Source of the DNA: Nanobdella aerobiophila
GTDB taxonomy: Archaea > Nanobdellota > Nanobdellia > Nanobdellales > Nanobdellaceae
DNA: 32,000 bases
Direction of reading: 5' to 3'
Assembly (NCBI RefSeq): GCF_023169545.1
Contig: NZ_AP019769.1
Span: forward strand, 60,001-92,000
Below, piece after piece: positions 17,208 through 26,948 of the stretch (the first letter of the stretch is position 1; each line of letters begins with the position of its first letter). Made by a program: the position numbers and the translations under genes. The notes below the pieces were generated by a model. The model searched no databases. It saw nothing but the letters and a program-made list of their open reading frames with translations, and had not been told where the DNA came from.

Positions 17208-20200
17208 ATGAGTGATAATAGTATAATATCTATAACAGATCTGTATAAGATATTCACTTTTAAGAGTACCAAAGATATAGAAGTACCAAAAAAAATTTCA
17301 GAACAGGTAATTGGGCAAGATTCTGCGCTAGATATAATTAAAAAAGCTGCAAATCAGAAAAGAAATGTACTATTAATAGGAGATCCCGGTACAGGTAAGT
17401 CTATGCTAGCCCAAGCCTTAGCAGAGATAATTTCTGAAAATAAAAATAATATAGATTCTCTAGAGGATATAGTCGTTTTTCCAAATCCCCAGGACGAATA
17501 TAATCCTATAGTTAGAACTTTCCCTGCAGGTACTGGAAAAAAGTTAGTAGATGAAATGAAAAAGAAAATTGCAGAACAGGCAAAATTCTTTCAATATTTC
17601 TATTTGGCTTTATTACTAATAGCATCATTAACTCCATTGTATTTTTATTATGTACAAAATTATATAATGGCAGGATCTACATTTATTGGTTTTATGATAC
17701 TAATAGCAGGTCTATCTTTTTCAATGCAGTTTGTTCAAAAGCAAATATTAAAAGGTGTTCCAAAAGTAATTGTTGATAATAAAGATAAGACTAGTGTTCC
17801 TTTTGTAGATGCGACTGGAGCATTTGAGGGGATGTTGTTTGGTGATGTGCTTCATGATCCCTATCAATGTCTAAGGAAGCAGAATGAAATTTATGTCGTA
17901 AACGGAGAGAAAATAATTCCAATGGAAATTAACAAATTTGTGGAAAATATTTTGAAGGAAAATGAGGATAAATTATTTATTAATGAGGAAAATAATATAA
18001 AAATTGTTGCTACTAAAGTAAATAAACCAATTTATATTCTTGGATATAAAGATGGAAAAATTCAACCTGTTAAAGTTATATCTGTTAATAAAAGAATTGG
18101 TCCTCAAGAGATATATAATATAAATAGTAGAGATGTTGTAATATCTGTTACTCCAGATCATAAAATATTTGATAGAAATTTAAAAATGATAGAAGCAGAG
18201 AATATTAAAAAAGATATATTTTATAGGTTCTATGATAATATAAATATTTTAACAGAAGAAGATATTGTAAGAACATATGGAGAAGAAGAATTAGAAAGAT
18301 ATAAATTATACTTAAAATGGAAGGAATTTAAAGAAAAAAATCCTGGTATAGGATATAAAAAAGCAGCAAAAATATTAAATATACTAGAATTCAAAATAAA
18401 GGAGTGGGAAGAAGGAATGAAACCTCCAAGTTTATATATAATTGGAGAGTTAAAGAAATTGAATTTATTACCATTAAAACTATCTGATGATAGATTATTA
18501 ATTATTGCAAGAATTATTGGTGGATTATTTGGAAATGGAAATATAGATAAAAATTTGAACACTTTAGCATATATATCATCAGAAAAAGAAGCCATTGATA
18601 ATTTCATAAGAGATTTAAAATCTATATTTGGTGATTTTACATATGAAATAAGAGAAAGTGATAAAGCATATTTATTTAGAACTACTGAAAGAAGGATAAT
18701 AAGATTTTTTGTTGCATTGGGTGCTCCAGTTGGTAAAAAAACAGAAATTATATTAAAAATACCAGAGTGGATATACAATAGAAGAGATTTAATACTATCC
18801 TTTTTAGATGGTTTTTATAGTGCAGAAGGTTTTGTACCAAGATATTGGAAATGTAAAGATGGACATAAAATAAAAAATAAAGTAGAAATAATATTGTTAA
18901 ATAAAAATAAGGAAACAATAGAAGAATTAGAAAGGTTTATAGATAAGTTGTATACATTGAGATTAAAAGCGAGATTAAGAATAGAAAGAAGAGATGGAAA
19001 GTATTTAATAAGAATAATGTTTAGTCAATCTTTTGAAAATACTTTTAGATTATATAAATTAATAGGATTTTCATATTCTCCAAGAAAAAGAGAGAGATTT
19101 GAAGAAGTTATTAATTCATATATTAAAGATTATTCAGAATTTAAAAGAAAAAATGTATTAGAAGCTATTCAAATATTGAAGTATAATTATGATAGAAAAT
19201 TATATAGGGTTAAAGAATTAGTAGATGTAACATATAATATAACAACAGAATCTGGTAATTTAATTGTAAATGGCATATTAGTTAAAAATTCTGGAGGACT
19301 AGAAACACCAGCTCATCAAAGGGTAGTTGCAGGTGCGATACATAAAGCAAATAAAGGTGTGCTATTTATAGATGAGATTGGAACATTAAGACCAGAAGTC
19401 CAGATAGAGTTATTAACTGTATTACAAGAAAAGAAATATTCAATATTTGGAAGATCAGAAAGATCGGCTGGTGCCATGGTTAGGACTACTCCCGCACCTG
19501 CAGATTTTATATTAGTAGCAGCAGGTAATTTAGAAACAGTGGAAAAATTACATCCTGCTTTTAGATCAAGAATTAGGGGTTATGGTTATGAAGTATATAT
19601 GAAATCTGAAACGAAGTTTACTAAAGAAACTGCACTAAAATATGCACAGTTTGTTGCTCAGGAAGTTAAAAAATCCGGTAATATACCACCATTTACAAAA
19701 GAAGCCGTTATAGAAGTAATAAAGGAAGCTCAAAGAAGATCCGGAAAAAAAGATTATTTAACATTAAGATTAAGAGATTTAGGTGGATTGATAAGATTAG
19801 CTGGTGATATAGCTAGATTAAAAAATAAAGAATTTGTGGAAGCAGAAGATGTTATAGAGGCTAAAGATAAGGCGCTAACTCTAGAAGATCAAATATCTAG
19901 ATATTATATAGAGAGAAGAAAAGAATATGAATTGATTAAAAATGAGGGAAGTCTTATAGGAAGAGTAAATGGATTAGCAGTAATTGGATCTAAAATATAT
20001 TATTCTGGAATTGTATTGCCTGTGGAAGCAGAAGTTGTTCCTGGAAAAGGAGCAGGGAAGGTAATTGCAACGGGTAATTTAGGAAAGATTGCTAAAGAAG
20101 CAATAATAAATGTATCTACAGTCATTAAGAAGAAATTTAAAGAAGATTTAAAGAAATATGATGTTCATGTACAATTTTTACAAACTTATGAGGGGGTGGA

Positions 20201-20492
20201 AGGCGATTCTGCATCAATTACCGTGGCTACAGCAATAATATCCGCATTAAAAAACTGGCCTGTAAGACAAGATATAGCAATGACAGGATCATTATCTATT
20301 AGGGGAGAAGTATTGCCTATAGGCGGTGTAATAGCAAAAATTGAGGCAGCAATAGAATATGGTTTGAAAGAAGTATTAGTACCAGAAAGTAATTATAATG
20401 ATATTCCGGAAGATTTATTTAATAAGATAAAGATAATACCTGTAAAAACAATAGATGAAGTTATAGATCATGCTTTAATTAAGAATATTTAA
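17208..20492 (+). CDS. lonB: Archaeal LonB-type protease, interrupted by an intein
   Basis: Walker A LIGDPGTGKSMLAQAL; two TM segments in the AAA+ domain; GVLFIDEIGTL; C-terminal EGDSASITVATAIISAL (catalytic Ser) and Lys region GVIAKIEAAIEYG. Confidence 0.95.
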   Translation: MSDNSIISITDLYKIFTFKSTKDIEVPKKISEQVIGQDSALDIIKKAANQKRNVLLIGDPGTGKSMLAQALAEIISENKNNIDSLEDIVVFPNPQDEYNPIVRTFPAGTGKKLVDEMKKKIAEQAKFFQYFYLALLLIASLTPLYFYYVQNYIMAGSTFIGFMILIAGLSFSMQFVQKQILKGVPKVIVDNKDKTSVPFVDATGAFEGMLFGDVLHDPYQCLRKQNEIYVVNGEKIIPMEINKFVENILKENEDKLFINEENNIKIVATKVNKPIYILGYKDGKIQPVKVISVNKRIGPQEIYNINSRDVVISVTPDHKIFDRNLKMIEAENIKKDIFYRFYDNINILTEEDIVRTYGEEELERYKLYLKWKEFKEKNPGIGYKKAAKILNILEFKIKEWEEGMKPPSLYIIGELKKLNLLPLKLSDDRLLIIARIIGGLFGNGNIDKNLNTLAYISSEKEAIDNFIRDLKSIFGDFTYEIRESDKAYLFRTTERRIIRFFVALGAPVGKKTEIILKIPEWIYNRRDLILSFLDGFYSAEGFVPRYWKCKDGHKIKNKVEIILLNKNKETIEELERFIDKLYTLRLKARLRIERRDGKYLIRIMFSQSFENTFRLYKLIGFSYSPRKRERFEEVINSYIKDYSEFKRKNVLEAIQILKYNYDRKLYRVKELVDVTYNITTESGNLIVNGILVKNSGGLETPAHQRVVAGAIHKANKGVLFIDEIGTLRPEVQIELLTVLQEKKYSIFGRSERSAGAMVRTTPAPADFILVAAGNLETVEKLHPAFRSRIRGYGYEVYMKSETKFTKETALKYAQFVAQEVKKSGNIPPFTKEAVIEVIKEAQRRSGKKDYLTLRLRDLGGLIRLAGDIARLKNKEFVEAEDVIEAKDKALTLEDQISRYYIERRKEYELIKNEGSLIGRVNGLAVIGSKIYYSGIVLPVEAEVVPGKGAGKVIATGNLGKIAKEAIINVSTVIKKKFKEDLKKYDVHVQFLQTYEGVEGDSASITVATAIISALKNWPVRQDIAMTGSLSIRGEVLPIGGVIAKIEAAIEYGLKEVLVPESNYNDIPEDLFNKIKIIPVKTIDEVIDHALIKNI
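17868..19289 (+). mobile_element. Intein (474 aa) with LAGLIDADG homing endonuclease domain inside LonB
   Basis: Extein junction LFGDVLHDPYQ / CLRKQNEIYVVNG ... NLIVNGILVKN / SGGLETPAHQRV; block B ITPDHKIFD-like VTPDHKIFD; dodecapeptides IIGGLFGNGN and LDGFYSAEG. Confidence 0.92.
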
Positions 20493-20517
20493 AAATTTTT
20501 TTTATTATTATCTCTTT

Positions 20518-23500
20518 ATGAAGAAGATACTCTATCTTTTATTTTTATTATTGATTTATCCAATATATTCCCAAAATGTTTGGCACGAAAATAATGTATA
20601 TGATCCAGTTACATTTTTAAATATAAGCTTATCAAATAATTATCTTCAACCGAATAATATATTATACTATAATGTTTCTATAAATTATAGAGATATATAT
20701 TATATACCAAATGCATCATTGGTAATACAGATAATTCAAAAAGGTGATAATAATAGCATATATCCATATCAATTTAATAATGATAATGAAATATATGAAT
20801 ATGTAATAAGAAATCTATATTTACAACCCGGGGAAACTATAAATATACCATTAAAATATATAGTACCTTATAATTTAGATCCTGGATACTATTATATTGT
20901 TGCATACTTATATACACCTCTAAACAATATAAATGGTTTGCCATTTATATACTATCCTGGATCATATACAGAATTTTATGTAGATAGTATTAATGGAGGT
21001 TATCCATCAATGTATATTGTAAAAAATGACACTTATCTATCATCTAGTTCTTTATATACATACGGTTCTATATTATACTCTTCAGGATATTATTATTCTT
21101 CATTAAGTGGGCCTACAGGATATGGAGTATCTAATGGTTTAAATATGTCAGTAGATATATATTCTCAAAATAATGCTAATGCCACATTATTATTATTAAT
21201 ATCACCATGGGATGATATTCTATACAGTCCTGTATATAATAATACATATAATATAAATTTGAATTCAGGTTATAATATAATAAACATAGATAATATAAAT
21301 ATTTCAAGTTTACCACCAAATGTATATTCTGCTAGATTAGAATTGCTATATAATAATACAGTAGAATCAATATATAGATTAAGATTTATAGTTTTGGGTC
21401 CAACTACCAGATTAGATGGAGTCTTTTTACAGGGAAATGGAAATCTAACATTTATAGTTGCTCCATCTCCAGATCATTATACGTACCCTACAACTCCAAA
21501 TGTCATTGCCCAAGTATATTCTAATATATTAGGATTTAATGAAAATATATCTCTCGGAAATATAAGTTGGTATAATACTCAATTTACATATGTAAATTTA
21601 CAATTGCCATTAAATTCGACAAAATTTGATTTATGTATAAATTTGTATTCTAATAATAATCTAGATTATAATTATTGTACTTATTATAATATTAATCAAT
21701 CTGATACATATGGTTTACCATTATCTCAATTAGTTTATGTAAATTATACAAATAATTATTTCTATATATGTTCAAATATATCTGGCAATCTAATCGTTGC
21801 ATATAATTCTCCAGCAAATACACTATTATCAACAAATGTAGATAATAATTGTTATAATTATAGTGATATTAGTAATGGAACGTATTATATATCATTTTAT
21901 TCTTCTCAATATTCTAATCAATGGATAATTAATAATACTTACTATCCTTCAAAAACAAATATATTGATAAAACCAATAAAACAACAAAATGATAATATAT
22001 ATTATCTTGCCTTAGTAATAGTTATAATAATAATTTCTATATTATTATATATGATAAAAAGGTGGAAAATATTCGCGATATTTATAGTTGGTCTCGTATT
22101 TTTATCAACTATCCATTCTCAAACTATAACAGTATCACCAACTAATCTATGTTCTCCTTCTGGATCAGTAACCATTACAACTTCAAATTATTCTGGTGAT
22201 GTAAATGTAAATTATACATTCTTTAATCCAAATAATAATTTTGTATATTCTAGTGGTCAATACAAGTATTTTGGTAGTTCTTATTCTTATACAATCGCAT
22301 TGAATAATCTACCAGCCGGTATTAATGTACCAATTGAATATAATATAGATGTTGAAAATTGTACAATTGTTAATTTATCTATTTCATGTAGTTATAATAC
22401 CTACAATGGATATATATATTCAAATTACCCATTTTATTTTGAATACTATTCAAATCCAATATATACTTCCTCAGATGATGCAGCATATATTGTTGCAGGA
22501 TGTTCAAATTCTGAAAATATTATAAATAATACATACTTTAATTTTACTGTAATATTGCCCAATGGAACCAGTATTTTAACAAGGACTAATTGTTCAGGGG
22601 CAGGAGATCCTGATTGGGGACAGAATTTATGTGATTTAAATATATATAATTATGATAATTCAATAGGTAATTATACTTATAATGGATCATATGATTATAA
22701 TGGACAACTATATAATATACCATTTGTAGGAAACCCATTACAAGTATTGGGTGCGTCCGCTGGTACTTTTACCAGTGTTTCTTGTACCCATGCTGTAGCA
22801 GATGTAAGTGCAAATTCTAGCTCTAATCCTCTACAAATTTATTTTAATTACAATGGTCCAAACACAGGTAATTACTATACTTATGATAATGGGGTATATA
22901 TATTAGCCCAGAATACTTCTCTTGGATTTAATGTGAATGGTGGATATAATGGTTTATGTTCAGATGGTGTGACAAATTCAGGAACTCCTTCAATAGCATT
23001 TTGGCTATATTCTACAGATCAATATTTCGATCCAAATTCATCTGTATATATTTTAGGAACTTCCAATGCTGGTATAACATTTAGTAATTATTTTGTGGAT
23101 AGGAGTACAATATATAATATACATCCAAATGAAGGTTTTGTTTTACCATCTGGTTCTCCGTTATGGCTAGCTCTGGAAGGTGGATCTTCTGTCAATGTAT
23201 ATAATTTCAATGAAAATAATCCAGGATATTATATATTATATACAGATTATATAAGAACTGTTTGTGGAAGTCCGGAAGATTATATATGTGATCCAAATGG
23301 TAATCTATGTAGTTATGGCCATATACAAGGCGAAGCCTGGGGATGGTTGCCAATAAACCCCGAACCTGGATATTATTTCTTAGTGATAAATCCAGATGCG
23401 ACAGTTAATGTTCAAAATATAAGTTATTATCCTTATATATATAATATAAATCCCGGTGATCCTATATATCTCGGATATATTGATAATATAGGAATTGGTA

Positions 23501-24750
23501 ATCTAACTGTAGGAGAAAATTATATATTGCCAGATCCAATATTGGTAAATAATAATTTCTTATTGCAAGAAAATCAAAATATATCCTTATATGCATATTT
23601 TCCAACAAATGAATGTTCTCATGTAAGCTGTCAAATACCATACAATGTTAGTTATCAAAATGCATACGGATTAACAGTATATAGTCCAGTGGAGTATTCT
23701 GGATATATAAATATATATTGGGATAATTTGTCTGTTTATACAAATCCATCAATAACGAAGATTACTTATGGACCAGTTAATCTAACTATAGGAGTAGAAA
23801 ATTTAGGACCTGTGCCAGCAGAAAATGTTTCTATATATAATTTACAATATGATCCTGCATGTGTACAAATATTAAATATTTATAATGATTCACTAATAAA
23901 CCCGGGCGCTACCGCATATTTAAATATAGAGATAAATATAACTAATTCAAATTGCAACCCACAAGATTATAATATATCATTTAGTGTATATGGTTGGAAT
24001 ACATATATATATAATTACTCTTTATTATTACCATTAAATCAGGTAAATAATCCTCCAAATGGCGTACAATTAAGCTCTAATACCGTATTTAATATAAAAG
24101 ATATAAATTATCAAGCATGTTATATATCATTTAATAATGCTCAATATCCAAGAAATTGTAATTCTGATTTCTTATATCAAAATGGAATGTGTGCTGGTTC
24201 TATATGTAATACAGAAGTAATTACAGATAATCAATATGCACAATTTGACAATTATTATACATATTATAATTATCTAACCAATTCCAGTTCTATATTTGGA
24301 GTATCATCCTCTAGTCAAGTAATATCTATATATGTAGGCCAACAATATAATTATCAGGTATTAATAAAAAATCTAGTACCATCTCAAATAAATTGTACAA
24401 TAGATACATTGCCAATAATATCAAATGATGACGCACAAGTACTATATTTTAATATAAACGGAATAAATAATCTTAACTTTACCATAGGTCCTGATGGCGT
24501 TGCTAATCTATATATTAATGTCTTGGGTTTGAAATCCGGTGTAGCTAATTTAATATATGGATTTACATGTAATAGTTTATACGGATCATCTACATATAGT
24601 CAAGAAGTGCCTGTATATGTTCTAGAGCCAAATGGACAACTAGCAAATAATGTTAGTAACTTGATTACATCAGAGGAAATAAGTCCTGGAGAATTAATAG
24701 GAGTTTCTATAGGTATATTAGCAGTAGCACTAACACTTGGGCTAATATAA
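20518..24750 (+). CDS. Giant secreted surface protein (1410 aa) with internal TM plus second signal-peptide-like segment
   Basis: Signal peptide MKKILYLLFLLLIYPIYSQ; internal YYLALVIVIIIISILLYMIKRWKIFAIFIVGLVFLSTIHSQ; C-terminal TM GELIGVSIGILAVALTLGLI; many N-x-S/T sequons. Confidence 0.8.
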   Translation: MKKILYLLFLLLIYPIYSQNVWHENNVYDPVTFLNISLSNNYLQPNNILYYNVSINYRDIYYIPNASLVIQIIQKGDNNSIYPYQFNNDNEIYEYVIRNLYLQPGETINIPLKYIVPYNLDPGYYYIVAYLYTPLNNINGLPFIYYPGSYTEFYVDSINGGYPSMYIVKNDTYLSSSSLYTYGSILYSSGYYYSSLSGPTGYGVSNGLNMSVDIYSQNNANATLLLLISPWDDILYSPVYNNTYNINLNSGYNIINIDNINISSLPPNVYSARLELLYNNTVESIYRLRFIVLGPTTRLDGVFLQGNGNLTFIVAPSPDHYTYPTTPNVIAQVYSNILGFNENISLGNISWYNTQFTYVNLQLPLNSTKFDLCINLYSNNNLDYNYCTYYNINQSDTYGLPLSQLVYVNYTNNYFYICSNISGNLIVAYNSPANTLLSTNVDNNCYNYSDISNGTYYISFYSSQYSNQWIINNTYYPSKTNILIKPIKQQNDNIYYLALVIVIIIISILLYMIKRWKIFAIFIVGLVFLSTIHSQTITVSPTNLCSPSGSVTITTSNYSGDVNVNYTFFNPNNNFVYSSGQYKYFGSSYSYTIALNNLPAGINVPIEYNIDVENCTIVNLSISCSYNTYNGYIYSNYPFYFEYYSNPIYTSSDDAAYIVAGCSNSENIINNTYFNFTVILPNGTSILTRTNCSGAGDPDWGQNLCDLNIYNYDNSIGNYTYNGSYDYNGQLYNIPFVGNPLQVLGASAGTFTSVSCTHAVADVSANSSSNPLQIYFNYNGPNTGNYYTYDNGVYILAQNTSLGFNVNGGYNGLCSDGVTNSGTPSIAFWLYSTDQYFDPNSSVYILGTSNAGITFSNYFVDRSTIYNIHPNEGFVLPSGSPLWLALEGGSSVNVYNFNENNPGYYILYTDYIRTVCGSPEDYICDPNGNLCSYGHIQGEAWGWLPINPEPGYYFLVINPDATVNVQNISYYPYIYNINPGDPIYLGYIDNIGIGNLTVGENYILPDPILVNNNFLLQENQNISLYAYFPTNECSHVSCQIPYNVSYQNAYGLTVYSPVEYSGYINIYWDNLSVYTNPSITKITYGPVNLTIGVENLGPVPAENVSIYNLQYDPACVQILNIYNDSLINPGATAYLNIEINITNSNCNPQDYNISFSVYGWNTYIYNYSLLLPLNQVNNPPNGVQLSSNTVFNIKDINYQACYISFNNAQYPRNCNSDFLYQNGMCAGSICNTEVITDNQYAQFDNYYTYYNYLTNSSSIFGVSSSSQVISIYVGQQYNYQVLIKNLVPSQINCTIDTLPIISNDDAQVLYFNINGINNLNFTIGPDGVANLYINVLGLKSGVANLIYGFTCNSLYGSSTYSQEVPVYVLEPNGQLANNVSNLITSEEISPGELIGVSIGILAVALTLGLI

Positions 24751-25023
24751 TTATTTTGATTTTTTAAAAAATCTCTTATTTAATTCTAAAACTATATCAT
24801 GTATGCTTATTCCGAAAAATAATAATGCTAATAAATATATATCATATATTGTGCTTATAATTCCAGCTATAAATAAATATGCATGATGTATCTTTGTATG
24901 ATATCTTTTAGTCTTGGTTTTTATTTCTATGATAAATTCCGTACTTGTTTTTCTTGTAACATATTCAGCAGATACAAAACCTGCTATGAACAGTAAACTA
25001 TAAGCTACTAGATCATATATCAT
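24751..25023 (-). CDS. Small two-TM membrane protein of unknown function
   Basis: 90 aa ORF with two hydrophobic segments, abutting the stop of the convergent giant surface ORF. Confidence 0.5.
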   Translation of the reverse strand: MIYDLVAYSLLFIAGFVSAEYVTRKTSTEFIIEIKTKTKRYHTKIHHAYLFIAGIISTIYDIYLLALLFFGISIHDIVLELNKRFFKKSK

Positions 25024-25078
25024 TATTTATAAGTCGATTATATATTTTAAAAATCTTATTCTGTATAAAGATATAATT

Positions 25079-25363
25079 ATGGAAATAAATATAATTAATA
25101 GAGAGAAAAACGAATTATTCAATAGAGAGGAATTAGTTGTTAAAATAGATCATAAAAATGAGGCTACACCCAAAAGAGATGATATAAAATCAAAAGTTGC
25201 TGCTATGGTTGGAAAAGATGATAAATTAGTTGTAGTAAGGAAAATAATTACAGAATATGGAAAACAATCATCTAAGGCATATATAAATGTATATGATGAT
25301 CAAAATTTATTATTAAAATTAGAGCCAAAACATATATTAAAAAGAAATAAGATAATACAATGA
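25079..25363 (+). CDS. rps24e: Ribosomal protein S24e
   Basis: NPLFNREE-like ELFNREELVVKIDHKNEATPKRDDIKSKVAAMVGKDDKLVVVRKIITEYGKQSSKAYINVYDD. Confidence 0.93.
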   Translation: MEINIINREKNELFNREELVVKIDHKNEATPKRDDIKSKVAAMVGKDDKLVVVRKIITEYGKQSSKAYINVYDDQNLLLKLEPKHILKRNKIIQ

Positions 25364-25560
25364 GTGAGAAGGAATTATCTGTCATGAAATTGTATAGGTT
25401 AGAAAGCGGGAGAGTGGAAAGGATTAAAAAGATATGTCCAAAGTGTGGAAGATTTATGGCTGATCACAAAGATAGATATACATGTGGATATTGTTCATAT
25501 ACAGAATTTAAGGAAAATAAGGATCAAAAAATATTAGATGGAATCGGAATCAAAATATAA
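25360..25560 (+). CDS. rps27ae: Ribosomal protein S27ae
   Basis: KKICPKCGRFMADHKDRYTCGYCSYTEF zinc ribbon, directly after S24e. Confidence 0.93.
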   Translation: MSEKELSVMKLYRLESGRVERIKKICPKCGRFMADHKDRYTCGYCSYTEFKENKDQKILDGIGIKI

Positions 25561-25870
25561 AATTTCTTATTTTGGACCTTTAAGATCTTTTATCGGTTTG
25601 ATGTTTCAAATACCAAAAAAAGATCATATATATATCTTAGATATGAAAAAAGATATAGATGATGGCTTTGTACATACTTTCTTTTGTATAAAACCATTAG
25701 ATATATATCTATATAATTCTAATTTAGAATTAGTATCTTATAAGAAAAACATGAAACAATTTAGTATATTATTACCAAAAAAGCCATTTAGGTATATAAT
25801 AGAAGGTATAAATCTAGATAAAAATAAGATAAATTTTGCTTTATCAAATCTTTCCAATAGTATCAGATAA
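25538..25870 (+). CDS. DUF192-family protein
   Basis: FIGLMFQ....VHTFFCIKPLDIYLYNSNLELVSYKK...RYIIEG follows the DUF192 pattern (GLMFR...F.M...PLD..fld....V....YvlE). Confidence 0.65.
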   Translation: MESESKYKISYFGPLRSFIGLMFQIPKKDHIYILDMKKDIDDGFVHTFFCIKPLDIYLYNSNLELVSYKKNMKQFSILLPKKPFRYIIEGINLDKNKINFALSNLSNSIR

Positions 25871-26230
25871 TATTTCCATTTCTATAAATAATCTGTCTAC
25901 GGAACTTTTTATATTCTTTACGCTATTATTTATATTTGCTAATATTTCTGTTTTTAGTGCTGGATATATATATGGATTATTTGCAATTTCTTTATAATAC
26001 ATTTCTATATAGTTTTTTATTAATTCTAACATTGAGAAAAGATTATTTATAAGATTGATTATATTATTTATCTCCTGCATTTCATAATTATATAGGTAAT
26101 ATTGATTATTTTGGTAATATTTTTCATAATTGTTTAGATTTTGAATATATAATATGATATTATTCATCTGAGACATAATATTTTTTATATTATTTAATAT
26201 TTCATTTTCATTATCTTGCACATTATTCAT
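25844..26230 (-). CDS. Small Asn-rich helical/coiled-coil protein of unknown function
   Basis: 128 aa ORF, heptad-like hydrophobic pattern; no family recognised. Confidence 0.45.
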   Translation of the reverse strand: MNNVQDNENEILNNIKNIMSQMNNIILYIQNLNNYEKYYQNNQYYLYNYEMQEINNIINLINNLFSMLELIKNYIEMYYKEIANNPYIYPALKTEILANINNSVKNIKSSVDRLFIEMEILSDTIGKI

Positions 26231-26261
26231 ATAGAAAGAATAATATTTTAGAGTTTTTATA

Positions 26262-26318
26262 TTTTCAGGGAGGAGGTGTATTCATCATATCTCAGACGCG
26301 CGCAGCCTCATCATATAT
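26262..26318 (-). ncRNA. C/D box sRNA (box C, D', C', D all canonical)
   Basis: Minus strand: ATGATGA (C, 26314-26308) - GGCTGCGCGCGT (12-nt guide) - CTGA (D', 26295-26292) - GAT - ATGATGA (C', 26288-26282) - ATACACCTCCTCC (13-nt guide) - CTGA (D, 26268-26265). Outer ends approximate. Confidence 0.87.
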
Positions 26319-26913
26319 ATCTCAATATTCCTGTATTATTTTTATTTATCAAATCTTTTATAAGATAAAAATCTTTATCAAATATTGCTCTCCATTCTTT
26401 GTTGTATATAGTAGATGCAGGATGTAGAGTCGGAATTATCTTTATTTCTTTGTTCCAATAATTTATCTTGTATACTTTGCCTCTGTCTTTCATTATAGAA
26501 TTAAATTTTATATTAAAGTAATTAAAGATCCATGATGTAGAGTAAGATCCTAAAGTAATTATTATATCTGGTTTAAGAATATTTATCTGTTTTTCCAACC
26601 ATATTGAGCAAGCCTTTATCTCTTCATCAGTTGGTTTTCTATTATTTGGAGGTCTGCATTTTATTAAATTAGTAATATAAACATCTTTTCTATCAATATT
26701 TAATATATGATTTATATTTTCTGTTAAAATCTTTCCAGCTTTTCCTACAAATGGTTTTCCTTGTATATCTTCATCTCTTCCTGGTGCTTCACCTATAAAT
26801 AAAATTTTACTATTTATATTACCATCACCTGGAACATAATTAGTCTTATAATTACATAATGAACATCTATTACATTTTAATATCTCTTTATTTATATCAT
26901 TTATTGAATCCAT
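26311..26913 (-). CDS. udg: Family 4 (Fe-S) uracil-DNA glycosylase
   Basis: CNRCSLC; [31 protein letters not shown]; [22 protein letters not shown]; PTLHPAS. Confidence 0.92.
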   Translation of the reverse strand: MDSINDINKEILKCNRCSLCNYKTNYVPGDGNINSKILFIGEAPGRDEDIQGKPFVGKAGKILTENINHILNIDRKDVYITNLIKCRPPNNRKPTDEEIKACSIWLEKQINILKPDIIITLGSYSTSWIFNYFNIKFNSIMKDRGKVYKINYWNKEIKIIPTLHPASTIYNKEWRAIFDKDFYLIKDLINKNNTGILRYI

Positions 26914-26948
26914 ACAAAATATATAAAAATAATTTTTATCTTTTTTAG

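Noticed and set aside
18230-18778. 182-aa ORF on the minus strand, plus 17973-18161
   Set aside because: Antisense to the well-supported LonB intein; no recognisable motif; typical of shadow ORFs in AT-rich DNA.
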